NCBI GenBank assembly: GCA_048937405.1
Contig: JBHLNF010000008.1
Location: 180,825-225,597, forward strand
Origin: Promethearchaeota archaeon
Lineage (GTDB): Archaea > Asgardarchaeota > Lokiarchaeia > Sigyniarchaeales > SOKP01
DNA length: 44,773 bases
Direction of reading: 5' to 3'
Each line of letters opens with the position of its first letter. The stretch's first letter is position 1. The notes under the pieces were generated by a model. It was not told the origin of the DNA. It did not search any database and saw nothing but the letters and a program-made list of their open reading frames with translations. This document shows, piece after piece, positions 9,975 through 19,417 of this stretch. The position numbers and the translations under genes are program-made.

Positions 9975-12317
9975 CTACGCATTTCTCTTTTTTCTCATAA
10001 TTGAGTAGGCAATCCCAAAAAGAGCAATCAAAGAGACTGATATAACAATTCCAATTGAGTATCCTGGGATAGGTTCTGCTCCTCCTCCTCCTACTTGTTT
10101 AACCAAGTTAAAGCGGAAGGTCTCCCACAACCAATCAACATCCCATCCACTAGTCATAGCTTGTCCTGTCTTATCATTCCCCAACCAAAGATGTTGATAT
10201 TGGAAGGTTTGAGACCACTCAGTTAGTTCATCATATAATTCCTCTTCTCTCGTATTATTTGCAAACCAGAGCTCATCTAGTATAGTATCACATGTTTCAT
10301 TATAATTAAAAGACAAATTACTACCCTGAACATATGGAAATAGAGATTTAGGTTCTGTTATTGGATTAGTGAATGGAATAGTAGCATAGCCCATATACCA
10401 GTCTGAGATCACCCCAAAACTACCAGTTGGGTCTTGTTCTACAATACCAGGACTATGGAAATAAGCGTCCATATACCCAAGATCATTATATCTTTGATGA
10501 TAAACTTTAAGTGCCCATCCGTCAGTTGTAAGATAAGGAAATGTGTAAGTTCCATCGACAAATCGAGTTGATGTATCAGGTAAATCTTCTTCTAAGATCA
10601 TACCACATCCAATATCTTCGAGAGCACTTCTCAAAAGATCTCTAGTAGAGATATGAGCCGCATCCCAATTATATTCAAATTCATAGATAGGATTTTTCTC
10701 TGCTACCTCATTCCAATCATCTGTTGAATTTGCAATAGTTAATTCTCTATCTACAACTATAGGACCCCAGTGTGAATCATTTATAAGGGCTAATCGAGCT
10801 ACAGTGAGATCTGTATCAGCAAGAGGAATAGTTGGATTGTAATATTGATGGGTTTTTCCCAGTAATCCTCCAGAACGTACTATTCTGTCATTCATAACTG
10901 TATGCACAAATGTATCATAGTCAAAAGCATAGGATAGTGCCTTCCTAAAAGCACGATTTGTGGCACCTGCATCTATAAGGGCAGTAAAGGTTGGAATACT
11001 GAAGGTCTTAAACATTGAAGGAACAAAATTGGGTCCTGTTCCCCCAGAGGATTCAGGGATAAAATCAAAAAACACGTTTATATTGGCATCACTCCAGTAT
11101 CTCCAAAAAGTCTCATTAACACAATTCAAGACAATGACCTCTCCATAGGGTTCCAGTCCCAATTCTTCATATGTTATTCCAGGAGAAGCGATCATCAGTG
11201 GGGCATCAAGAGGTTCCCATGAACGGTCACGAGCATAATCAATCTCTCCAGTTACTAACGCAAGATTTCTGGATCCATATCCTGCCTCGGAATGAGGAAA
11301 GCCAGTTAGAACAACTTTATCAACTTTATGATAACCTTGGGCTTGTTGAGCTGAAGAATTCCACCAATTTTCAAATCTTATCATAGTACCTTCATCATTT
11401 GCAACATCATGTTCTTCAAAAATATAAGGACCTGTACCGATTAAATGACCAGGGAATACTGTTTTATCATCTTGTGGAAAACCAGCTGTTTGTCCATACC
11501 CATAAATTGGAACATCAAAATAATCTTCATAGGATTGCATTGAGATATAGCGAATATTTCGGAGATATAATGGCCCAGTGCGATAATCATTAAAGTAAAC
11601 TCTAACTCTTCCTCCTGATGCAGCGTTTTCTAATATTGTTACATTTGCAAATCTAGGAAAACGGTCTGTGTAGTCAGCAGATTCCCCAAAATCTGCATAA
11701 GAAGTATTTCCATAAAACTTTGAAGCATTCCAACTTGCAGTGGCAAATTCTTCCCATTCACTCACTTTTAGATAATAAACTGCTCTCGCTTGCATGATAT
11801 TGACCTCATATGATGCTATAAGTGAATCTATACACCCATTGATGTTTCCAAGAATGTACATTATTCTATCAATATTCCATTTACATACTGTTGCATTCCA
11901 ATTTGAACCATCATGGAATGTAACTCCTGTTCGAAGGGTTATATCCATATACTCAATTCCATCATAAGCCATGAACCCAGCGTCAGTCATTTCATCTGGT
12001 CTCTCTCCAAAAGACCATTCAGTCGCTAGGATAGGGATTAACTCATCCAACTCCCCTGTGGCGTTAATTCCAAAATCGAATAATGATTCAAGAGCACTGC
12101 CCTCATAATAATTTCCAATATTGGCTGTAACACAAGGAGTATCCCAATTTCCTATACCACGAGGACCACAAGCTCCAATAGTAAAAATATCTTCCTCCTC
12201 CTCCGTTGTTTCAGCTACTACGACGCTTGCCAAAATCGGGAGTAATATGCTTGTCATCATTAAAAAGCTAAGAAGTAATCCTTTTGAATATTTATGCATT
12301 TTCAAATTTCTCCTCAT
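9975..12317 (-). CDS. ABC transporter substrate-binding protein (family 5, peptide/nickel type) with N-terminal signal and C-terminal Loki-CTERM-like anchor
   Basis: LRTGVTFHDGS, IGTGPY and RKALSYAFD motifs; hydrophobic N-terminus; C-terminus GGGGAEPIPGY + TM helix + RKKR. Confidence 0.85.
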   Translation of the reverse strand: MRRNLKMHKYSKGLLLSFLMMTSILLPILASVVVAETTEEEEDIFTIGACGPRGIGNWDTPCVTANIGNYYEGSALESLFDFGINATGELDELIPILATEWSFGERPDEMTDAGFMAYDGIEYMDITLRTGVTFHDGSNWNATVCKWNIDRIMYILGNINGCIDSLIASYEVNIMQARAVYYLKVSEWEEFATASWNASKFYGNTSYADFGESADYTDRFPRFANVTILENAASGGRVRVYFNDYRTGPLYLRNIRYISMQSYEDYFDVPIYGYGQTAGFPQDDKTVFPGHLIGTGPYIFEEHDVANDEGTMIRFENWWNSSAQQAQGYHKVDKVVLTGFPHSEAGYGSRNLALVTGEIDYARDRSWEPLDAPLMIASPGITYEELGLEPYGEVIVLNCVNETFWRYWSDANINVFFDFIPESSGGTGPNFVPSMFKTFSIPTFTALIDAGATNRAFRKALSYAFDYDTFVHTVMNDRIVRSGGLLGKTHQYYNPTIPLADTDLTVARLALINDSHWGPIVVDRELTIANSTDDWNEVAEKNPIYEFEYNWDAAHISTRDLLRSALEDIGCGMILEEDLPDTSTRFVDGTYTFPYLTTDGWALKVYHQRYNDLGYMDAYFHSPGIVEQDPTGSFGVISDWYMGYATIPFTNPITEPKSLFPYVQGSNLSFNYNETCDTILDELWFANNTREEELYDELTEWSQTFQYQHLWLGNDKTGQAMTSGWDVDWLWETFRFNLVKQVGGGGAEPIPGYSIGIVISVSLIALFGIAYSIMRKKRNA

Positions 12318-12415
12318 TTTATTTGGTTTAATTTATTTCTTTTTTTTTTATATATTTTAGAAAAAAAATTTTTTTTAGATAGATTCATTTTTTGCATTTA
12401 TTAATGGTACCCGTA

Positions 12416-12431
12416 TATTTAAAAGTTTCCG
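12416..12431 (-). promoter_or_regulatory. Putative BRE/TATA promoter for the substrate-binding protein gene
   Basis: Minus strand reads CGGAAAC-TTTTAAATA about 100 nt upstream of the SBP start. AT-rich background limits confidence. Confidence 0.4.
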
Positions 12432-12544
12432 AATATTTCAAATTATAAAATTAGTTTGAAAAAAAAAATAAATAAAAATAAATATAACAATACTTATTTT
12501 CTCAAAATAGAATGGATATTAATTTTATAAAATAAGAATTAGCG

Positions 12545-13063
12545 ATGTTGGATGATAATAAACATGAAGTAATAGCCAATAATGTAAAAAAAAGTAATAT
12601 AAAAATCGATTGGGGAAGACAGGGAGGCGTTATTTTTGCTTACATAATTGTATTACTAGGATATTATGGTATTGTTGCTAATGTGGTTATGGTTGATCAT
12701 CTTGGTCATTATATATCTTTTACTGAAATGGATAGAACAATACTATTTTGGACCTTCGAAGTATATAACCAAACTTATTTTATACCTATTCTTCTAATAT
12801 TTCTTGTTAGTTTCTTACTTACTTTTAAAGAGGATATTCCACATTATGGAATAAAAGCGTCAATATGGCTTGTTCCTTCAATAATTATTGAAGCTTTCAT
12901 ATTTTATTGGTTCATGTTTGGTTTTGCTGCTGAACCTTTTATCATGCAATTTGGACATTGGAAGGGGTATATTCATATACTAATATTATTTGTAACTACA
13001 CTAGTTGGTTCGTTAAGTGGTATGAAAATCAAACAGATAATTGAATCAAAAAGAAAAATTTAA
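12545..13063 (+). CDS. Hypothetical membrane protein (about 4 TM helices) heading the ABC operon
   Basis: Several long hydrophobic stretches; same strand as, and 56 nt before, the dppB-like gene. Confidence 0.7.
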   Translation: MLDDNKHEVIANNVKKSNIKIDWGRQGGVIFAYIIVLLGYYGIVANVVMVDHLGHYISFTEMDRTILFWTFEVYNQTYFIPILLIFLVSFLLTFKEDIPHYGIKASIWLVPSIIIEAFIFYWFMFGFAAEPFIMQFGHWKGYIHILILFVTTLVGSLSGMKIKQIIESKRKI

Positions 13064-13119
13064 GAAAAAAAACTATTTAATAGATTTTATTTATTAATCA
13101 ATGGAAAAGTGAGAAAAAG

Positions 13120-14190
13120 ATGAAAAAACAATCAACAAATATGATAAAATATATTATCAAAAGGTTATTAATGATGATTCCAATGCTGTTTCTTGTTCTA
13201 ACTTTTTCATGGCTTTTATCACATATGATGAATAGGAATCCACTAGTTTATTATGGTGATCAGTTAATGGATCCTGACGTGCTTGAAGCAGAATTAAATA
13301 GAATCGGATATTATGATCCTTGGTATATTAAACTTGGCAATTATTATAAGAACTTTTTTTCAGGAAATTGGGGTAAATCTCTTATATACCAAAAGGATAG
13401 ACCAGTATATGATATGATAGTAAAAGAAGTTTTTCCAAAAACAATAGAATTAATGATAATTCCAATAATACTTAGTCCTATTATAGCAGTTAAATTAGGG
13501 CTAGTATCTTCTACAAATAAAGATAAAGCAAAAGACACACTTATTAGAATTTTAGCAATTATAGGGGCGGGATTTCCAGTGTTCTGGATTGCTGCTTTGG
13601 TTCAAATGGTTTCTGGTTATTATTTCGGGATTTTTACTAATGGAGCATTTGATCTACCTGCTCTTTCTCCCAACACTCCTGGTCTGGATGGTCCTGGACC
13701 TGATGGAGCACCCAAAACAGGATTTCGTATTATTGATAGTATAATCTATAATGATCAAATTTATCTATTTGATACAATAACTCATTTAATAATTCCAGCT
13801 ATAGTTATCACTTTTGTTTCATTGGCAGGGGTTACAAGGCTAACCCGATCAAGTATGCTAGATGTCTTAGATCAAGATTATATTAGAACTGCTCGAGCTA
13901 AGGGTGTTTTGGAAAACGATATTATAAATAAACATGCTCTTCGCAACGCTTTGCTACCTACTAGTAATCTTATTATACAGGGTACAGCAACAGCCTTACT
14001 TGGATCTTTTTTTGTTGAGGTAACTTTTAGATATACTGGTTTTGGTTATACTTTATTGATGTCTATATTGTTGGCTGATTATAACGTTATAAACGCGCTC
14101 GTAATAATCATGACTATTATACTTCTTACAGGTACGTTAGTTGCTGATGTCATGTATACAATTATTGATCCTAGAATAACATATAGATAA
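13120..14190 (+). CDS. ABC peptide/nickel transporter permease, DppB/OppB-like
   Basis: YIIKRLL, GNWGKS, RSSMLDVLDQDYIRTARAKG, HALRNA and IDPRI motifs. Confidence 0.93.
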   Translation: MKKQSTNMIKYIIKRLLMMIPMLFLVLTFSWLLSHMMNRNPLVYYGDQLMDPDVLEAELNRIGYYDPWYIKLGNYYKNFFSGNWGKSLIYQKDRPVYDMIVKEVFPKTIELMIIPIILSPIIAVKLGLVSSTNKDKAKDTLIRILAIIGAGFPVFWIAALVQMVSGYYFGIFTNGAFDLPALSPNTPGLDGPGPDGAPKTGFRIIDSIIYNDQIYLFDTITHLIIPAIVITFVSLAGVTRLTRSSMLDVLDQDYIRTARAKGVLENDIINKHALRNALLPTSNLIIQGTATALLGSFFVEVTFRYTGFGYTLLMSILLADYNVINALVIIMTIILLTGTLVADVMYTIIDPRITYR

Positions 14191-14215
14191 GTTTAAAATT
14201 CAGAGGTTATTTATA

Positions 14216-15211
14216 ATGACAGAACAAGCATATATAGAAGATAAAGATTATGAGAAATTTGAATCACCAAGGAAAAAGAAATTTTTTCGATTCATAAAAT
14301 TTTATTTAATTCCTGGATGGCGAGATCCTGAATTCTCTGCTCAAGAATATCAAATAGAAAAAATAAAATCTAAAAGGAGATTATTTCGGCGTGTTCTTAA
14401 ACCTTTGACAATAACAGGATTAATAATGGTTTTATTTGTTGTTATATTAGCAATTTATGCACCCTGGATATCTAAGATTCCATTAGAGGAATTAGTGCCA
14501 CCAAATATTCCTCCAGGAGAAAACGCTTTTGCTCCTCCTTCCGCTGAACACCCATTAGGGACAACTAAAAATGGATGGGATATTTTAGGAAGAATTATTT
14601 GGGGGGCCAGAACTACACTTTCAATGGCATTAATCCCTACAACTATCGCACTTGGAGGAGGAATGATTCTAGGGACGATATCTGCATACTTTGGTGGAAT
14701 GGTTGATTATATAATAATGCGTTTTGTAGATTTAATGTATGCTTTTCCAACGATGATTCTTGTCATCATACTTATTCCTATAGTGGGACAAGCATTGTTG
14801 ACTAGTCTTGTAATTTTTGGAATACTTTTTATACCCTATAATATCAGGCTTATGCGTTCACTTGTTTTTCAAGTAAAACAGCTTGAATTTGTGAAGGCCG
14901 CAATAACGGGTGGTGCGCGAAAATTCAAACTAATGTTTAAACATATTGTACCAAATGCAATTTCTCCTATGATAATAAGTTTTTTTGGAGGTGCCGCGAT
15001 TGCTGTATTGGGACTAGCAGGTATTGCATTTATAGGATTGGGAGACCAAACAGTGGCTAGCTGGGGAACTGACATCAGTTGGGCAACTAATAACTTAACT
15101 GCTATGAATGCTCTTCTTTGGCCAGGAATTTTTATAGGAATTGCATCTGTAGGACTGATGATCATAGGTGATGGATTGAGAGATGCATTAGATCCACGAT
15201 TAAATCTATAA
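14216..15211 (+). CDS. ABC peptide/nickel transporter permease, DppC/OppC-like
   Basis: PPSAEHPLGTTKNGWDILGRIIWGAR, KHIVPN and GDGLRDALDPR motifs. Confidence 0.93.
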   Translation: MTEQAYIEDKDYEKFESPRKKKFFRFIKFYLIPGWRDPEFSAQEYQIEKIKSKRRLFRRVLKPLTITGLIMVLFVVILAIYAPWISKIPLEELVPPNIPPGENAFAPPSAEHPLGTTKNGWDILGRIIWGARTTLSMALIPTTIALGGGMILGTISAYFGGMVDYIIMRFVDLMYAFPTMILVIILIPIVGQALLTSLVIFGILFIPYNIRLMRSLVFQVKQLEFVKAAITGGARKFKLMFKHIVPNAISPMIISFFGGAAIAVLGLAGIAFIGLGDQTVASWGTDISWATNNLTAMNALLWPGIFIGIASVGLMIIGDGLRDALDPRLNL

Positions 15212-15242
15212 ATATTAAATTTATAAATAAAAGGTTTTAAAT

Positions 15243-17153
15243 ATGTTCTTTCAAACTGTAGGATTAAATTATGGGATGGCTTTAGTTGAATCTCTTACCG
15301 CTACCCTTATTTTATACTTTATTTCGATTTTTATTAATCTTCAAATTCCTGATAATCAACAAATCTCGAAAAAATTACATAAAATAAGTTCAGCTGTAAG
15401 TAGTGTTATAATTTTAGGTATAATATTTGGTATTAGAGCTCTTTTTGAAACTCTTGCGGTTGTTAATCATTGGTTTCTTGTTTTCAATACCGATATTTTA
15501 TTATTTGCAATAATGACAACAATTTTTTATTTTATATATCCAAAATTTGTAAATAAATATGAAAGATATGTAATTGAAGGAGAAAATCTTATTAGTGACC
15601 AATTTATTAAAGTTTTTAAAATTTTTAATGGATTAATGTGGATTATTTCAGCTATTTTTATTTCAATTCCACTCCTCGGAATTAATATGAGAAACCCCGA
15701 TATATTTAACCTCGGATTTTTATGGGCCAGTTTCTTTATTGGATTAGATCTTGTTATCACAATATTAATTAATAAAATTCGATCTATAGAAAAACGTATT
15801 CCTAAACAGGTTCTTAAATATTCTATGTTTACTGGTGGGCTTATTTCATTTGGAATTTGGTCAATACAACTAATAATTTTTGAATTATATTTGAAAAGAT
15901 TAGCTGGAATAGATCTATTTAAACAAGATATACGTGTATTAATTCCTGTAGTTAGTATAATATATTCTGTTCTATTTGTAATATCTATGAAAAAGATATT
16001 CATGCCTAAGGTTCAAGAACAAAGTAAGTTAGAAATAGAAGAAGCACTCAAATTAGTTTCAGAAGAGAAGACTGCTAGTATTTCTATAACAGTAAATAAT
16101 GTTATTCTTGATGTGAAAGATCTAACCACCTATTTCCATACAGAAGAGGGTGTCGTTCATGCAGTAGAGGGTGTTTCTTTTAAAATATATAAAGGAGAAG
16201 TTCTTGGTCTTGTAGGAGAAACAGGTTGTGGGAAATCAGTAACCGCATTATCTATACTTCAAGTAATTCGCCCCCCAGGAAAAATAGAGAAAGGAAATAT
16301 TACCTTTGGAGGAGAAAATCTATTACTAAAATCTGAATCGGAAATGTTGAAATATCGTGGTAAAGATATTACTATGATTTTTCAAGATCCACTCAACTCA
16401 CTCAATCCTGTTTTTAGAATAGGTAAACAAATCTCTGAAGTATTTTTATTGCATATGGAAAATGAATTACTTGCAGAAATCGCTAAATTCCCCGAAAAAA
16501 GCATATATAGTGTTGCTCGAGAATGGAGTATACAACTTTTAAAAAATTTAAATATACCTTTTCCTGAAGTAATTATCGACAGATATCCACATGAATTAAG
16601 TGGTGGTATGCGACAACGAGTTCAGATTGCTATGGCTCTTGCATGTAGTCCTAAATTATTGATTGCTGATGAGCCTACTACAGCATTAGATGTGACAATT
16701 CAAAATCAAATTCTAAAACTAATGAAAGATCTCCGTACAAAATTTGACACTACAATATTATTTATTACTCATGATCTAGGAATTATCTCAAAAATGTGTG
16801 ATCGTGTTGCTGTTATGTATAGTGGGCATATAGTTGAATATGGGGATATAAAAAGATTATTTATTAAGCCATATCATCCATACACTAAAGGACTTATAGC
16901 TTCTGTTCCAATTGTTGGGGAAAAAAAAGATCAACTTGAAGTAATACCGGGGATGGTACCAAATTTAATTTATCCTCCCGAAGGATGTAGATTTCACCCT
17001 AGGTGTCATTTCTGTTTCGAACCTTGTAATTCAAAAGTTCCAAAAGCGATTGAGGTTGAACAAGGTTATTTTGTAGCATGTCATCTGTATGATCCTCAAT
17101 ATAAAAATTTAGCAGATATTTCTATAAAGAAAGTTAAAGAAAAAATAGAATAA
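15243..17153 (+). CDS. DppD/OppD-like ABC ATPase with an N-terminal multi-pass membrane domain
   Basis: Walker A GETGCGKS, signature LSGGMRQR, Walker B LLIADEPT, HPYT and C-terminal CRFHPRC..C..CH. The first ~255 aa are strongly hydrophobic and in the same open frame. Confidence 0.9.
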   Translation: MFFQTVGLNYGMALVESLTATLILYFISIFINLQIPDNQQISKKLHKISSAVSSVIILGIIFGIRALFETLAVVNHWFLVFNTDILLFAIMTTIFYFIYPKFVNKYERYVIEGENLISDQFIKVFKIFNGLMWIISAIFISIPLLGINMRNPDIFNLGFLWASFFIGLDLVITILINKIRSIEKRIPKQVLKYSMFTGGLISFGIWSIQLIIFELYLKRLAGIDLFKQDIRVLIPVVSIIYSVLFVISMKKIFMPKVQEQSKLEIEEALKLVSEEKTASISITVNNVILDVKDLTTYFHTEEGVVHAVEGVSFKIYKGEVLGLVGETGCGKSVTALSILQVIRPPGKIEKGNITFGGENLLLKSESEMLKYRGKDITMIFQDPLNSLNPVFRIGKQISEVFLLHMENELLAEIAKFPEKSIYSVAREWSIQLLKNLNIPFPEVIIDRYPHELSGGMRQRVQIAMALACSPKLLIADEPTTALDVTIQNQILKLMKDLRTKFDTTILFITHDLGIISKMCDRVAVMYSGHIVEYGDIKRLFIKPYHPYTKGLIASVPIVGEKKDQLEVIPGMVPNLIYPPEGCRFHPRCHFCFEPCNSKVPKAIEVEQGYFVACHLYDPQYKNLADISIKKVKEKIE

Positions 17154-17170
17154 ATAATAATAATTAGAGG

Positions 17171-18895
17171 TTGTTAGTAATTATAGTCAATATAATAGAA
17201 GTTGTCATTATCCCAATTGTGATACTTATAATAGGCTTTTTTCTACTGAATAAGATTTTAGAAGTAAAAAGATGGGAGGATTCCAAGAAAATCTCACTTA
17301 TATTAAATTCATTTTGGACCGTTTTCAATATAATTTTCATTTTTATTATTATAAATTCTTTAGGTGAATCACCTGTTTATAAATTCTTTTTAGTTGCTGT
17401 GAATATACCCGTTGCTATATTGATCCTTTGGGGTTTTTATGAAAAAACTGTTCTAAAGTCATTTATATTGATCAGTCTTACCCAAATCGCATTGATTGTA
17501 TTATGGCTTTTATTTAGTGCAATTCCAGAAGTTATAACTATTTTTTTAACTGAAGGTGGTGATGATTTGGATGCATCCAAATTATCATTTACTCTTGCCT
17601 TTCTATTTCTTTTTGGACTATCGATTTTTATTTCACATTGGGGAGATAAAATACAATTAGTAAAATATAGAAAGTCATTTACTATTAGCAGTATAATCCC
17701 TGGGATTTATTATTTAATGCTTAATTTTATTATTCAAGGTGAAGAATTTAATAATAATATTATCTCTATTGTGATATTTAGCTTTTTAATTGCGTTTATT
17801 TCTTCATTTTTGATTAAAAAAATTGCGTATAGAACTATACAGTTTAAAGAAATAAGAGGGTTATCTATTCTTGAGAAGGGTAAGGAATTACTAGATGTAA
17901 AAGATCTTAAAGTACACTATCCACTTCTTAAAGGTGTCTTAAAAAGACAAGTTGGCGCTGTGAAAGCTGTCAATGGTGTTTCCTTTCAAATAAAAACAGG
18001 TGAAACACTCGGATTAGTTGGAGAAAGTGGATGTGGAAAAACAACTATTGCTAAAGCAATTTTAGGTTTGGTTGAAAAAACAGATGGAGAGATGAAGTTC
18101 CTAGATGAATCTATTCCTCCTGAATATTCAACTTTTTTAAGACAAAAAATTCAGATGGTTTTTCAAGACCCAGATGCATCCTTGAATCCACGTTTAAAAG
18201 TAGTAGACATCATTGCAGAACCTCTTAAGAATTTACTTGGTATTACTAATAAAATAGAAATCAGAAAACATGTTTTAAGATTATTGGATCAAGTTTCCTT
18301 AAAACGAGAACATATGGATCGTTATCCTCATGAATTTTCTGGAGGTCAAAAACAAAGAATTGTTATAGCAAGAACATTAGCTTGTAATCCTGAGTTAATA
18401 ATTTTGGATGAACCCACTTCTGCACTTGATGTATCAGTTCAAGCACAAATCCTTAATTTACTTAAAGAATTGCAAGCTAAATATGGGTATGGATTTTTAT
18501 TTATTACACATAATTTAGCTGTTGTAAATCACATTGCTGATCGTGTAGCTGTTATGTATCTTGGCAAGATTGTAGAAATTGGAAAGATGAATCAAATTTT
18601 TTCTAATCCTTCACATCCATACACTATAGCTCTTTTGAGTTCCCGTTCTGAAATTGATCCATACAATCAAGAAATCAGTTTTGTTATAAAAGGTGAAGTA
18701 CCAAGCCCAATTAGACCTCCACCTGGATGTACCTTTAATCCCCGTTGTTCTTCAGATGCTCGTACGAAAGAATGTGAAATTGAGATACCTCATAAGATTA
18801 AAATCGAAGATGACCACTTTATTTGGTGTGTAAATCCTCCTAAATCAATGCAATCAACAATTCAAAAATCTGAAGAGAGTTTATCTGCTAAATAA
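17171..18895 (+). CDS. DppF/OppF-like ABC ATPase with an N-terminal multi-pass membrane domain
   Basis: GESGCGKT, FSGGQKQR, IILDEPTSALD, HPYT and GCTFNPRC motifs; first ~220 aa hydrophobic. Exact start is uncertain (TTG at 17171). Confidence 0.88.
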   Translation: MLVIIVNIIEVVIIPIVILIIGFFLLNKILEVKRWEDSKKISLILNSFWTVFNIIFIFIIINSLGESPVYKFFLVAVNIPVAILILWGFYEKTVLKSFILISLTQIALIVLWLLFSAIPEVITIFLTEGGDDLDASKLSFTLAFLFLFGLSIFISHWGDKIQLVKYRKSFTISSIIPGIYYLMLNFIIQGEEFNNNIISIVIFSFLIAFISSFLIKKIAYRTIQFKEIRGLSILEKGKELLDVKDLKVHYPLLKGVLKRQVGAVKAVNGVSFQIKTGETLGLVGESGCGKTTIAKAILGLVEKTDGEMKFLDESIPPEYSTFLRQKIQMVFQDPDASLNPRLKVVDIIAEPLKNLLGITNKIEIRKHVLRLLDQVSLKREHMDRYPHEFSGGQKQRIVIARTLACNPELIILDEPTSALDVSVQAQILNLLKELQAKYGYGFLFITHNLAVVNHIADRVAVMYLGKIVEIGKMNQIFSNPSHPYTIALLSSRSEIDPYNQEISFVIKGEVPSPIRPPPGCTFNPRCSSDARTKECEIEIPHKIKIEDDHFIWCVNPPKSMQSTIQKSEESLSAK

Positions 18896-19380
18896 ATTTT
18901 TTATTTCAAACTAAATTTTGTATCATACTTTATTCTTAAAACTAAAGATATTAATACACTTTTAGAGGTATTAATATATCCAGTATTATATGTATAAATA
19001 GTAGTAATACATCTTTAGATTTAATAGAAAAATTCCTTGAAAGATTAAATTAAGTGAAAATTATATTTAGGGAACTAAATTTTAAGGAGTAGCTTATAAT
19101 TACTATTGATGTTATAAACTAAATTATACATCTTTCTAAAGCTGATGTAATTCTTAAAGCTGCTGAAGTGAATTCTGTAATAGGATTTTATTGGACAAAT
19201 ATTCAAAAAAATTTTTATTTTCTAAAGTAGATATAGAATAATTTTAATATACTTTTAATTATATCTTATATTCCGTCTCTTTTAAAAAATAAATTAGTTA
19301 TAATAATTTACCGAATAACCAATCTTAATTAAAATTATAGAAAACAATTAAGCATTAATTCTTCCTATATACATTTTTAT

Positions 19381-19417
19381 AGAAACATTTATAAATATAT
19401 TGTGTCTACTAAAATTC
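19381..19417 (+). promoter_or_regulatory. BRE/TATA promoter of GRE copy 1 (probably leaderless)
   Basis: TTTATAAA at 19388-19395, exactly -30 to -23 from ATG 19418, with the same spacing as in the other copies. Confidence 0.7.

Noticed and set aside
18896-19380. ~500-bp intergenic region with a short TAAAGCTG repeat and a ~30-codon open stretch (SKADVILKAAEVNSVIGFYW)
   Set aside because: No convincing start or recognisable homology; compatible with AT-rich noise or an unidentifiable relic.
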